A DNA stretch of 57,086 nt. Source: a virus. Lineage: Duplodnaviria; Caudoviricetes. A program made the position numbers and the translations under genes. The stretch is from positions 1 through 57,086 of the IMG/VR virus record IMGVR_UViG_3300030328_001660; one strand, 5' to 3'. Shown one piece after another: positions 1 to 10,274 of this stretch (the stretch's first letter is position 1; every line of letters starts with the position of its first letter). The notes below the pieces were generated by a model. The model was not told the origin of the DNA and made no database searches. It was given only the letters and a program-made list of their open reading frames with translations.

Positions 1-54
1 GCAGCTGAAGGGTATCTTGCTGTCGATGCTGACGGTTACGCTGAGGCTTCTTGA
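1..54 (+). CDS. 3' end of upstream gene, probably major capsid protein (partial)
   Basis: Open frame AAEGYLAVDADGYAEAS-stop at the window edge. It is followed by a strong terminator and tail tube A, the T7 gp10-Tphi-gp11 arrangement. Identity is positional only. Confidence 0.5.
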   Translation, partial: AAEGYLAVDADGYAEAS

Positions 55-86
55 TATTAAAGTTTGATTGATTGATACAACTTATC

Positions 87-124
87 CCCTCCTCTGCCCT
101 AACGGGTGGAGGAGGGCTTTCTTT
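87..124 (+). terminator. Intrinsic terminator (T7 Tphi-like position)
   Basis: 13-bp stem CCCTCCTCTGCCC-TAAC-GGGTGGAGGAGGG followed by CTTTCTTT. Confidence 0.85.
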
Positions 125-142
125 ACTTACAGGAGGATCCTC

Positions 143-802
143 ATGGGAGACATTAGTAAACTAGACGCAGTAAATCATATGCTTCTGATGGCAGGAGAAT
201 CCTTGGTGTCTGATCTAGACGAAAACTCAGGACTTGACACCGAAACTTCTTTGTTTGTTCTGGATCAATTTGTCAGGGACTTTCAAATCAGGGGCATCGC
301 AAACAATAAACTTATTAAAAAAGTCACTCTAGATACTAAAGGAAAGATTGTAATAAACGCTGACGCTATATCTGCGGAGCTAATTACACACCACACTAAC
401 GACGACAACTATAATATTATTGGGGTTCTTAAGGGGACTGGGACTGATAAATACCTTTGGAATGTTACAGATCAAACTAGTGAATGGAAAGCGGATGTTG
501 AGTATCGGTATGAATTAGTTCTTTCCTTGCCTTGGGAAGACATGGATACCCCTGTTCAACGAGCAATCCTTTCTTCTGCCGCAAGGCAATACCAGTTGGT
601 TACCCAAGGTGATGGGGATGCTGATAATTATTTAGCTGAAATGGAAATGTTCTATCAGAGCAAGGGCAAGGCTGCTGATTTAGACGACAGAAGAAGAACT
701 GTGTTTACTGCCGGTAGTCCGAAGCTTCGGGCTGCTCAGCAAAGAGAAGGATTAAGTCGGTCATCTCAATCTTTAAGGTACTGGCGTACATCAAGGGGTT
801 AA
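143..802 (+). CDS. Tail tubular protein A (T7 gp11-like)
   Basis: AGGAGG RBS at 131-136 before ATG 143. N-terminal 'SKLDAVNHMLLMAGESLV' and 'LPWEDMDTPVQRAILSSAARQYQ' match gp11-family patterns. Synteny agrees. Confidence 0.85.
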   Translation: MGDISKLDAVNHMLLMAGESLVSDLDENSGLDTETSLFVLDQFVRDFQIRGIANNKLIKKVTLDTKGKIVINADAISAELITHHTNDDNYNIIGVLKGTGTDKYLWNVTDQTSEWKADVEYRYELVLSLPWEDMDTPVQRAILSSAARQYQLVTQGDGDADNYLAEMEMFYQSKGKAADLDDRRRTVFTAGSPKLRAAQQREGLSRSSQSLRYWRTSRG

Positions 803-805
803 CCT

Positions 806-3523
806 ATGGCTAGAAAAAAAAGAAGAAGAACAACTTTCTTTCCTACTAAGATACCTATTAATACATTATCTGGTGGGGTAGGTAGACAAGCTCCAAACAA
901 AAGGCTTCCTAACGAGGCGGAAAATCTAGACAATGTTTTTTGTACAACAGAACGATCTATTGATAGGCGTAACGGTTTTTCTTTGTTAGAAGGTGGCGGT
1001 AAACTTGATATAGACAATGTTAATGATACCTCTATGTGGTGGTATTGGTATAATGCTGGGGCAAACAGAAGATATTTGTTTGGTGTAGATACAAATGCTA
1101 CTACCCCCGCAGACCTATTACATGTCTTTAAAATAGATGGTGACGCTGTTACTTCCCAGATAGTTGATAACAACATTGATCAAGATATTTTCAAATACCT
1201 TACTCATGGTAGTGGCAACCCGAAAGAAAAAATTAGGGCTTGCTCGGTGGGGTCTACAGTTCTTGTATTAAATACTGAAGTAAAAGCAGGGTTTACAAGC
1301 AACGGAGAACTACTTGATGCAGCCGATGGTTCGCAAGAAAGTATGATGTATGACTTAAATGGAGTAAGAACAACCAACCCAGACCACTCGGGTCCAGAAC
1401 TTGATTATGAAACCGCAGTTTCAGTTGACGAAGGAGGCGAAGGAGAAGTTTGGACTGAGTTTTCTAACTACGTATGGGGACAAAAAGCAATAGATACTTC
1501 GGATAAGAAATCCGAATACTCAGATAACGATCCTGATCCCGATGGTCGCGACAACTTAAGGTATGGTCTTTGGCAGGTCAAAAAAGATGTGGCTGAAACT
1601 GCCCTTCCCGGCCCAAACAATAGCGAAACTACAGCTCCTAGTAGCAATACTACTGATTGGGAAAGAGTTCCTTCAGATGTAGACGGAGCAACTAACGAAG
1701 ATGTATACATGTGGACTGAGTTTATTTCTCCTGATGATTATATCTACCCAAATCCCCTAACTTTAGATTTAGGGCAGTCTGTAAGCAGGCTTAGCTCTAT
1801 TAAGTTTCCTTTAGATCAAAACGATATCGATGCCAATAACGGAGGGACAAAAGTAGAGCGAGCTTTCCAAGCGTTATATCCAAACTCAGGCAACTCTTTA
1901 GGAAAAGGCAAACTATACTATCTATCCCAAGCATATCTTTCAAGTACTCCGGGATTTTATAGGGCCGTGAGTAAAGATAGATCTCCTTACTTAGAAAAAG
2001 TAAGAACTCCAGATAAGATGAGTGTGATCGATCAGAATAGAATGCCAATGCAAATCTTCTTAGATACGGAAAACAACAGATGGTCAATTAGAAAAGTAGA
2101 CTGGAACCCACGAACAAGCGGAACATTAAACTCTAACCCCGGTCCTTCTTTCTTTAAAGATTCAAAGGGGAATGCAAGGCAGGTAGAAATCAGGGCTATT
2201 TCTTTTTATAGGGATAGACTGTTTCTTGCTACAGACGATACTCTTGTTTCATCAGAACTAGGCGACTACTCTAATTTCTTTCTAAAAGATCCCTCTAATA
2301 TTGTGTTTACTGACTGCATTGATTTGAGTGTGTCTTCTAATGTATATACTCCAATCACATTCTTAAAACCCTTTAAAGACTTTTTATTCTTAGGAACCTC
2401 TGGCGATACACAGTACGAACTAATTGGATCCGAAAATCAAATTTCTCCTTTAACGGCAGAGATTGCTCCTACATCTTTCTTCCCTATGACAGAAGACGTA
2501 GAACCAATGGTTATGAATAACAACTTATTTTTCTTTTCTAAGAAACGGCTATTTATTTACTTCCAAAGATTCGAGGCTGCGGGCCAGCAAGCATTTGAAT
2601 TATCAAGGCATGTTCCCGACTATTTGCCAGAAAGATTTTGGGACACTACAGTATCGACGGCACACAATACCGTCTTGGCTATTGCTGGGGACCAGCCCTC
2701 AAATAAAATCTTTTGCTATAGGAACCAAGTTCAAGCAGATAAGATTACACAAAATGCTTTCTTTACATTCACAATGCCAAGCGATGTTTTAATTCAATCG
2801 GTTCAAGCTGTTGAAGACGACGTTTATATTGTTGTTAAGGAAACATCCTCGCAAGTAGGAGATTTCTTTCAGGTCCAAAAGATGAGTTTCATTCCAGATC
2901 CGGTCGATACACCAAGGATTGATAGCCGAGTTCCCCTTCAATTCAGTACGGTAGAATACAATCCTACTACTAATAAAACTAGTTTTTCCTTCTCGCGGTC
3001 TGACGTTACAGTATCCGATACATCTAATATTATTGTGTTTGATGACGGATCTAGCGCAACATGTGAATTAGATACAGAGTCTTCTACTACTAACATTATT
3101 ACCTTTAATGTAACAGGTCCAATGATTGGGTACGAATCGGGGTGGTTAGGGAAGACATTTACTACAGAGATTGAACTGTCTACTATATTTGTCCGCAACC
3201 AAGAAAATAATATTATGCCCGGAACCTTAAACTTAAGGTATGGGGTTACTCGCCATAGAAATACGGGCAACTATGACGTTACTGTTTCTAGAAAAAGTAG
3301 GGATGCAGCTGTGTATAAGTTCGAGCACATTTCTTTAGGTGAATTTTCTTCAACATTAGGAGGAAATCTCTACGAAAAGGACGGGACTTTTAAGTTTCCT
3401 TTAATGGGATTTACAGACGACATTGTGGTTAAAATTAAGTCCGATTACCCAAACCCACTGAACATTACTAACATAGAAGTTGCCGGTAAATTCAAACGAG
3501 TTCCGAAATTCTTAACAACATAG
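806..3523 (+). CDS. Tail tubular protein B / nozzle (T7 gp12-like)
   Basis: 905 aa, with 'INTLSGGVGRQAPNKR', 'SNPGPSF', 'ISFYRDRLFL' and 'SRHVPDYLP' gp12-like motifs. Directly follows tail tube A. Confidence 0.88.
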   Translation: MARKKRRRTTFFPTKIPINTLSGGVGRQAPNKRLPNEAENLDNVFCTTERSIDRRNGFSLLEGGGKLDIDNVNDTSMWWYWYNAGANRRYLFGVDTNATTPADLLHVFKIDGDAVTSQIVDNNIDQDIFKYLTHGSGNPKEKIRACSVGSTVLVLNTEVKAGFTSNGELLDAADGSQESMMYDLNGVRTTNPDHSGPELDYETAVSVDEGGEGEVWTEFSNYVWGQKAIDTSDKKSEYSDNDPDPDGRDNLRYGLWQVKKDVAETALPGPNNSETTAPSSNTTDWERVPSDVDGATNEDVYMWTEFISPDDYIYPNPLTLDLGQSVSRLSSIKFPLDQNDIDANNGGTKVERAFQALYPNSGNSLGKGKLYYLSQAYLSSTPGFYRAVSKDRSPYLEKVRTPDKMSVIDQNRMPMQIFLDTENNRWSIRKVDWNPRTSGTLNSNPGPSFFKDSKGNARQVEIRAISFYRDRLFLATDDTLVSSELGDYSNFFLKDPSNIVFTDCIDLSVSSNVYTPITFLKPFKDFLFLGTSGDTQYELIGSENQISPLTAEIAPTSFFPMTEDVEPMVMNNNLFFFSKKRLFIYFQRFEAAGQQAFELSRHVPDYLPERFWDTTVSTAHNTVLAIAGDQPSNKIFCYRNQVQADKITQNAFFTFTMPSDVLIQSVQAVEDDVYIVVKETSSQVGDFFQVQKMSFIPDPVDTPRIDSRVPLQFSTVEYNPTTNKTSFSFSRSDVTVSDTSNIIVFDDGSSATCELDTESSTTNIITFNVTGPMIGYESGWLGKTFTTEIELSTIFVRNQENNIMPGTLNLRYGVTRHRNTGNYDVTVSRKSRDAAVYKFEHISLGEFSSTLGGNLYEKDGTFKFPLMGFTDDIVVKIKSDYPNPLNITNIEVAGKFKRVPKFLTT

Positions 3524-3532
3524 GAGATCCTA

Positions 3533-6500
3533 ATGGCTTCGTATTCAAACAATAAAGACAAAGTGAATTACTTAAAATTTACTGGTACAGAAATTGCAAA
3601 CAGTAATTACTCGGTTAGTATTAGCAGTTTGCTTGACTCAACTTCTGACCTAGCTTCCGCCCTTACCGATACCGATGAAATCATTGTAATCCGTCAATTC
3701 GATACAAGCAGTATTTCTCCCGATATTACTGCTGCCGAAGCTTGGTCTGCGTACACACTGCCAAACGAAACAACTAGTGGAAGTACAATGTATACTTTTG
3801 CTGACAACAATGTGACGTTTTCGCAAACAGCTTCCGACTATACATGGACAACAACAATGTCCGGAAGGGCAGCAGATGTAGTTTTGCCTTCCATTGCTTC
3901 GTCAGATACAATTTATATTTTAAAGAAAGTACATATTAACGACAACCTTGTTACATTTACTGCGGGAGCTAAGATAAGCTCTAGTAACCTCAATGTAAGT
4001 ACTCAGCAGCTTATGACAATTTCTCAAGAGTTGATGACTTACTTTAAAGAGTTTACTTTATTCAACCCCGCAATTGGTAGGCCGAATGGTTTAGTTCTTT
4101 TAAATTCTGTAGGAACAATTCCTTCTTCTTACATAGACGGGGATAGCTTATCTTTAGTAGTTGAGAACGGAATAACAGGAGCAGCTACTGTAGCTTCGCC
4201 TTTAACTTTAAACTTAGATGGCGATTCTCTTACTAAAAGCTCAAGCGGTGTCAAAGCTGATACTATTGATACCCTTAGTTCTACATCTTCTACCAAGCCA
4301 CTATCAGCTAACCAAGGAAAGGTCCTAAACGATCTTATTACTACCTTAGGATCTGGAGTTGTTTATAAAGGTGGGTTTGATGTAACGGGATCTACGGTTG
4401 TGTCTGGCACTCCTGCCGCTGGTTGGACTGTAGCTCATACAGGAACTACCGGAGCATCTCACAGTAACTGGGATGTAGATACCACTGGTGATGGTAGTGC
4501 CGATAGTGGCAATGTTACTGCTGGTGAACTTCTTAGGCACAATGGCACTAGATGGCAGACTACTGGAGCTGCCAACTCTATCCTTGCAGACGGTTCGATT
4601 GCTTTGAATACAGCCCAGAAGGCCGTAACTGCCGACGCTGACACAGGTCTTTTAACTGATGGTAATGAAAAGAAAGTAGCTACTACTGAATATGTTGAAG
4701 ATGCTATCTCAAACACCAAGCTTTCTCAGCTTGTTGATGTAGATACTAATACAGACGATGATACCTCGGCTCCGGCAGGCCAGATGCTTTTCTGGGATGC
4801 AAATAGCTGGGCTAAGGTTGATCTTAATAAGACTGACAATTTGGGTACTGATAAAATTGTCTCAACGGGAGACAGTATCAAAGCTTTAGATGATGTCTAT
4901 GATTCCATGAGTCCGGCTGATGGTCATTCTTTGACTTGGGATGCAGGAAACTCTAGGTGGACCGCTACCGGGATTGCTTCTACAAACGTAGATATTACTT
5001 CTGGTGGCGTCGGTAACGGCACGGCAGACGATGCCTCTGATGTATCAGCAGCAGTCTCAAGTGCAAACCTAGGTCACCAAAGTGTTGATGATACTTCTGA
5101 CAGCAGTGTTTTGTCAACCTTAGATTTTAGAGGGCGTAGGCATAATATCCAAAGTGCAATAGCTACCCTTAGAATTGCACACAACTATAATGTTAAAGAT
5201 GGGTCGCTGGAGTATCAGGTCAATAACTCGGGCGGCACTACAATGCTGACCACCCCCGGTTATACTGCTGTTACTCAGGCACTTTCTGCTCAGGCATATG
5301 CGGGTGATAACTATGTTGCCGTGGCCGATGCTTCTAATTTTCATGCGGGAGATTTAATTGAGATTTATGCGTCTTCTCGGAATGCAAGTGGGGGCATTGA
5401 GTATGCCTCCGGAGCTTATATCCAGTCTTCGGAAAACTCCGTGCTTCCGTTGGGGGATTCTGGACGATACGTAGCTTACGAGCTGGCGGTTGTTACTAGA
5501 GTAGATGCCACAGGTGGTGACTCCGAAGAAAGAATATACTTAGAAGAACCTTTAAGGTGTGGATACCAAGCTACTACTACCACTGTTAGTAGGTCGGGTG
5601 AATCTACCAGTACAAACGATAGAAACCAAATGCGAAACGTCACCTTTGAAAGGATGAAGTTTATTGACACTTTAGGTCGCGTTGAGTACGTTAACGATTC
5701 CGCAGAAGATACCTCTCAACCTTTAGAGTTAGACATAAATGATGAAACTGTTCACATCGATGTTACCGCAGGACATGGTATGGCTGGTGGTGGATATATG
5801 TGTTTGCAAGACTTTGACCTAACCAGTCAAATTACGGGAGGAAACACAACCCAGATTAACGGATGGAGGGCAATTACAAATGTATCCACAAATAAACTTC
5901 GGTTTGAAATGGGCGCACAATCTAATACCAACGATGATGCAGGTGGTCGAGCTGGGTATGTTATTATGTCTAAGCATAACGGTTTAGAACTTAAGTATGC
6001 ACGTAACATTGTCTTTAAGGACTGTACCTTTAGGGGCTGGAACGATGAGTTTGCCGTGAAGCTGTATAAATGCAAAGATGTTGTATTTGAAAACTGTAGA
6101 TTTGAACAATGCAGAAGGGGTGGCACAGAGGATGTTGCTGAGAGTTCAGCCCTTAAATTAGAAGCGTGTCAGGATGTTAAGATTAATAACTGTAAGTTTG
6201 TAGATTGTGGTGGTGGTATCCTCTTAGACCACGCTAACCAAACTATTACTGGAGGAAATGATCAGCTTTCTTGCAGAAACGTGTCTATTACTAACTGTGA
6301 TATTCACGCTTGTAACCCAATTTATGTTTGGCATTTCTGCGGAGGTACGCTAAGAATTGAGAATAATAGGATTACTGCCAATAGAGGTAATCCTAATAGA
6401 GTTCATCTCAGAAATTACGGGGGTATGGCCGGTCGTGATGGAGACTACCCATCGTATGCTATATTTGGGGGTGCTAATCAGTTTATTATTACTAACAACG

Positions 6501-7456
6501 ACATAGGCTCAGGTATTAGAACAAGAAAAGAATCAGGGGGAACAGAAGCTTACTCCCAAGGCTTTGGAGACTGGGATGCCTCTAAGTTCTGGGGTGTTGG
6601 GGACGGCTGGGAAAGGCATCCGGAAGTTAGTAATATGTCGAGCGACGAAAGACGGGACATATTGCCGGGGTTTGTGTACGGAGTAAACTGCTATACCGCA
6701 GTAGACCCATTTACAACTCCTTCGTTTAATATGGCATCTGCTGGCGGTCTTGAAATGAGAAGTATATTTAGCGGCAATAGTGTATACTGTATGGTAATAG
6801 CGTTTACTGCTTCTGGAGCATTTAATACAGACCTAAACCAACGTGGACACCACAATCAAAAGATTGCTTGGACAATAGACAACAATACTATTAAAGGATC
6901 TTATTACGGCATCTACTTAAAACCTAACAATGGTAATACTCTCTTCTTGAACGAAGGTACTACTATTACTAACAATAAAATTGATTTCTATTGCAGCGTT
7001 AACAAGGCACCGGGATGGGCAGCAGACGCTACAAACTATACCGCAGACTTTGGTGATTTAAATCAAACCGGAATTCGTGTTTGGCCGGGTGAAGCATTGT
7101 CAGGACAAGCCCCAGAGATAGAATATAGGGAACTAAAAATTACGGGTAATAGCTTGTGTTGTAGTGATCTAAACAGTGTATCAGATCCCGCAAGCTACTG
7201 CTTAAGATTTGGTGCGGCTGGAATTGAGACTTCTGTTAGGGGTCTTTTTGTAACCAACAACTGGTTTGAACAAGGGGCTTATGGGATTAGAATTTCAGAC
7301 GATGCGTCAGATTCAAACGAAAGTCAAATCAACTACGGAATAATTTCTAATAACTACTTTATTGGGCAGGATTACGCTTACTTCTACCAGCCTGAAAAGT
7401 TTTCTTCACAAAGCGTAAACGCACTAAACAATAATAGTGTTGCAAATATAGGATAA
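3533..7456 (+). CDS. Tail fibre / tailspike with C-terminal parallel beta-helix (pectin-lyase-like) domain
   Basis: gp17-like attachment motif 'VTFTAGAKISSSNLNVSTQQLMTISQE' and tail-repeat motif 'TSSTKPLSANQGKVL'. Beta-helix repeats NIVFKDCTF / DVVFENCRF / DVKINNCKF / NVSITNCDI / ITNNKI. Confidence 0.8.
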   Translation: MASYSNNKDKVNYLKFTGTEIANSNYSVSISSLLDSTSDLASALTDTDEIIVIRQFDTSSISPDITAAEAWSAYTLPNETTSGSTMYTFADNNVTFSQTASDYTWTTTMSGRAADVVLPSIASSDTIYILKKVHINDNLVTFTAGAKISSSNLNVSTQQLMTISQELMTYFKEFTLFNPAIGRPNGLVLLNSVGTIPSSYIDGDSLSLVVENGITGAATVASPLTLNLDGDSLTKSSSGVKADTIDTLSSTSSTKPLSANQGKVLNDLITTLGSGVVYKGGFDVTGSTVVSGTPAAGWTVAHTGTTGASHSNWDVDTTGDGSADSGNVTAGELLRHNGTRWQTTGAANSILADGSIALNTAQKAVTADADTGLLTDGNEKKVATTEYVEDAISNTKLSQLVDVDTNTDDDTSAPAGQMLFWDANSWAKVDLNKTDNLGTDKIVSTGDSIKALDDVYDSMSPADGHSLTWDAGNSRWTATGIASTNVDITSGGVGNGTADDASDVSAAVSSANLGHQSVDDTSDSSVLSTLDFRGRRHNIQSAIATLRIAHNYNVKDGSLEYQVNNSGGTTMLTTPGYTAVTQALSAQAYAGDNYVAVADASNFHAGDLIEIYASSRNASGGIEYASGAYIQSSENSVLPLGDSGRYVAYELAVVTRVDATGGDSEERIYLEEPLRCGYQATTTTVSRSGESTSTNDRNQMRNVTFERMKFIDTLGRVEYVNDSAEDTSQPLELDINDETVHIDVTAGHGMAGGGYMCLQDFDLTSQITGGNTTQINGWRAITNVSTNKLRFEMGAQSNTNDDAGGRAGYVIMSKHNGLELKYARNIVFKDCTFRGWNDEFAVKLYKCKDVVFENCRFEQCRRGGTEDVAESSALKLEACQDVKINNCKFVDCGGGILLDHANQTITGGNDQLSCRNVSITNCDIHACNPIYVWHFCGGTLRIENNRITANRGNPNRVHLRNYGGMAGRDGDYPSYAIFGGANQFIITNNDIGSGIRTRKESGGTEAYSQGFGDWDASKFWGVGDGWERHPEVSNMSSDERRDILPGFVYGVNCYTAVDPFTTPSFNMASAGGLEMRSIFSGNSVYCMVIAFTASGAFNTDLNQRGHHNQKIAWTIDNNTIKGSYYGIYLKPNNGNTLFLNEGTTITNNKIDFYCSVNKAPGWAADATNYTADFGDLNQTGIRVWPGEALSGQAPEIEYRELKITGNSLCCSDLNSVSDPASYCLRFGAAGIETSVRGLFVTNNWFEQGAYGIRISDDASDSNESQINYGIISNNYFIGQDYAYFYQPEKFSSQSVNALNNNSVANIG

Positions 7457-7461
7457 TAACC

Positions 7462-7674
7462 ATGAGTAAAATAGACAAACTAAATGAACTTTTATTAACC
7501 TGTCTTTTAGAGGATCTTAACGATCCGACTAAGTGTACACCCGGACTATATCAAGTTATTCGGGGTGTGATATCCGACAACAAAGAATCTTTAGATAATA
7601 TTCCTAAGGAAGCAGTGGAGTTTCTTGAGAATAAGTTTACTGATTCAATACCATTTAAAAAGGAGGCTATGTAA
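7462..7674 (+). CDS. Putative terminase small subunit (T7 gp18-like)
   Basis: 70 aa, 'LNELLLTCLLEDL...TPGLYQVIRGVISDN' resembles the gp18 pattern. Sits upstream of TerL. Confidence 0.6.
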   Translation: MSKIDKLNELLLTCLLEDLNDPTKCTPGLYQVIRGVISDNKESLDNIPKEAVEFLENKFTDSIPFKKEAM

Positions 7675-7790
7675 TGCCCAGTGGAAAAGGAACTTACGGA
7701 AGTAAAAGAGGAAGACCCCCAAAGAAAGATCAGGGGAAACCACAAAAGGATAAGGGTTACAAATTAATTAAAGGTAGAAAGAAAAAATGA
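7674..7790 (+). CDS. Small basic AT-hook-like protein (38 aa, not in ORF track)
   Basis: MPSGKGTYGSKRGRPPKKDQGKPQKDKGYKLIKGRKKK. AGGAGG RBS at 7661. TAATG overlap upstream and ATGA overlap with TerL. Confidence 0.8.
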   Translation: MPSGKGTYGSKRGRPPKKDQGKPQKDKGYKLIKGRKKK

Positions 7791-9484
7791 ACATACCCCC
7801 GGAAATGCTTGAAGATTTTAGGAATCATCTTTGGGCTTGTTTCAAATACTTAGGTATTGGCGAGCCTACTCCAGCACAGTATGCTATGGCAGATGCTCTT
7901 CAGAATTTTGGCAATGACATGCAGTTGCAAGCAGGTCGGGGTTTTGGTAAGTCAGTAATTACGTCGTGCTTAGCATCTTGGTTTCTTTTAAAAGAACCAA
8001 ACACAACAATCATGGTTGTATCAGCTACAAGTAACAAGGCTGCTGAGTTTATTTCTATGACTAGAAAGATCTTAGATTTAGTTCCTTACTGTAGTCACTT
8101 AAGACCGGGGGATCACACTTCGGATAATGCTTTTGCATTTAATGTAGAGTGCCGTACTAAGGTAGGGCAGGACAAATCTTGCTTTGCTCGCGGTATTACG
8201 TCTCAGTTAACGGGTTCTCACGCAGAATATGTGATTGCAGACGATGTGGAAATTGAGGGCAACTGCGAGACAGCTGCTGCCAGAGAAAAGTTAATGAACA
8301 AGGTAGGAGAGTTTGAGCAGATTCGTAATGCAGGCGGTCGGGTTATCTTTTTGGGTACGCCTCAAATTAAAGATTCTATCTACAATCAGTTAAAGTCGGG
8401 TTATAAAGTAACAAAGTTTCCCGCAGTTATGCCAGACAGATCAAATGAAGTTGAAATGGAAGACGTTAATGAGTTTCTTGTTGAGTCTGGAATGCAAGAA
8501 GGTGACGCAGTACAACCAGAAAGATTCCCTCTTGAACTCTTAATGGAAAGACAAGCTAAAATTGGACCGAAGTTATTTGCGTTGCACTATAAATTAGACA
8601 CTTCCCTTGCAGATTTCGAGAAGTTCCCCTTGAGACTTTCAGATTTAATTGTCTTAGATTTAAATCCGGGCATTTGTCCTGAAAAAATTGTATGGGCAAA
8701 CTCACAAAAGATGAAAGGTATCCCAAGCTTTGGATTAAGCGGAGATTTTGTTTATGAACCTATGTGGGTATCGAATAATTTTATCGAGTACTCCCAAAGA
8801 ATTATGACAGTAGACCCTTCGGGAAGAGGAGAGGACGAGACAGCCGTGTGTGTCGCCTCGTTTAGTAACGGGTACGTATATATCCATGAACTTATTGGGT
8901 ATCCCGGAGGTTACGAGAAAAATATTCTAACTAAAATTGCCAAACTTGCTAGAGAGTATCGAGTACAGATTGTTAAGGTTGAGTCTAACTTTGGCGACGG
9001 TATGTACTCTCAGCTGCTTATGCCAATCCTTCACAGTATTTGTGGTCCAGTAGCTATCGAGGAGTACCGAGTAAGCGGTCGCAAAGAAGCTAGAATAATT
9101 GATGCTATTGAGCCTGTAATGGCACAGCACCGATTAGTTTTTGACAGAAAAGCTATATGTCAAGAAGAAAATCAAAAACAAATTACTAGAATTTTTGACA
9201 AGAGAGGGGCATTACCAAAAGATGACCGGATAGATGTCCTCTCGGCAGCAGTTTCGCACTGGGAAGACTTCCTTAGTTTAGATGTAGATAAAGTTATAGA
9301 GCAGAATAAGGCCAAGGAGTATCAAGACATGGTAAAATCTTGGGGCGACGACGACAGAAGAGCAAACCTATTTGTAGGAGCTACCTCTGGTGCTGTCAGA
9401 CTGGTACGACCTGAGCCGAAAAAACCATACGACCAAAACAGGTCTAAATGGACAGGCTACAGGAAGGCCAGAGGCTGGCCCTAA
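7787..9484 (+). CDS. terL: Terminase large subunit (T7 gp19-like)
   Basis: Walker A 'QAGRGFGKS', 'GITSQLTGSHA..VIADDVE', 'FLGTPQ', nuclease 'VDPSGRGEDET', 'ESNFGDGM', 'DDRIDVL'. Confidence 0.95.
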   Translation: MNIPPEMLEDFRNHLWACFKYLGIGEPTPAQYAMADALQNFGNDMQLQAGRGFGKSVITSCLASWFLLKEPNTTIMVVSATSNKAAEFISMTRKILDLVPYCSHLRPGDHTSDNAFAFNVECRTKVGQDKSCFARGITSQLTGSHAEYVIADDVEIEGNCETAAAREKLMNKVGEFEQIRNAGGRVIFLGTPQIKDSIYNQLKSGYKVTKFPAVMPDRSNEVEMEDVNEFLVESGMQEGDAVQPERFPLELLMERQAKIGPKLFALHYKLDTSLADFEKFPLRLSDLIVLDLNPGICPEKIVWANSQKMKGIPSFGLSGDFVYEPMWVSNNFIEYSQRIMTVDPSGRGEDETAVCVASFSNGYVYIHELIGYPGGYEKNILTKIAKLAREYRVQIVKVESNFGDGMYSQLLMPILHSICGPVAIEEYRVSGRKEARIIDAIEPVMAQHRLVFDRKAICQEENQKQITRIFDKRGALPKDDRIDVLSAAVSHWEDFLSLDVDKVIEQNKAKEYQDMVKSWGDDDRRANLFVGATSGAVRLVRPEPKKPYDQNRSKWTGYRKARGWP

Positions 9485-9561
9485 GGGCTTTTAAAGGAAT
9501 ATAGGTACTACCCTAGCTTAATACATTCAAATGCCTCAGAGAGGCTCTTAGGAGGTTTCAC

Positions 9562-10263
9562 ATGCCATTAATTATGGGCGGTATGATGGCCGCATCAGCA
9601 ATCATGGGCGGACAGCAACAGGCCCAGCAAGCTGCTCAGCAGTATGCCCAACAGCAGTGGGCTGAGTTTAGTAAAAAAATGCAGATTCAAAAGCAGAATC
9701 GACAGATTGCTAAGAAAAATGCTATGCAGTGGCAGCAAAATAAATTTATTGCACAAGCTGCTAACAAGTCAAGGGCTGAAAGAGATTTTTATATTAGATT
9801 GAATTATAAGAATGAGACTGGAGAGTTTAGCCGAAACGTGACTGCAACCAATGATAGGTTGCTAGGGTATCTTAACGCTAAAAATGTTAAGGGCCAAACC
9901 GCAAAACAACTTATGAGACAGTCTTTAGAGTCAGCCCAAAAGGCTAGCGTGAATAAAAGACTTAATTACGAAAACCAACTTCGTTCTTCCGAGAGACAAC
10001 AACAAGCTAACTTAGCTAAAAGAAACTTTGGGTATAACGATCAGATCCAATTTATGCCGGGACTGGATATGGGAAATCAAAGCGGTAATATTATGAAGGC
10101 AGCTATTGGGCAGGGAATCCTAAGTGGAGCAATGGGTGCATACGGTGCCGCTCAAACACAAGGTCTAATGAGTGCTCAAGCTAAAGCAGCAGAAAGCCAA
10201 GCAAATGCCATGTGGTCTGCCGCAGGGTATGGTGCCGGTGGCATGGGTCCACCACGATTTTAA
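9562..10263 (+). CDS. Putative internal virion (ejection) protein, gp14-like
   Basis: Gly/Ala/Met-rich hydrophobic ends flanking a Gln-rich helical core. AGGAGG RBS. First gene of the internal-protein block. Confidence 0.6.
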   Translation: MPLIMGGMMAASAIMGGQQQAQQAAQQYAQQQWAEFSKKMQIQKQNRQIAKKNAMQWQQNKFIAQAANKSRAERDFYIRLNYKNETGEFSRNVTATNDRLLGYLNAKNVKGQTAKQLMRQSLESAQKASVNKRLNYENQLRSSERQQQANLAKRNFGYNDQIQFMPGLDMGNQSGNIMKAAIGQGILSGAMGAYGAAQTQGLMSAQAKAAESQANAMWSAAGYGAGGMGPPRF

Positions 10264-10274
10264 GGAGTTAAGCC

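Noticed and set aside
68-142. N-terminal extension of tail tube A in the ORF track
   Set aside because: It runs through the terminator hairpin; the AGGAGG RBS supports ATG 143.
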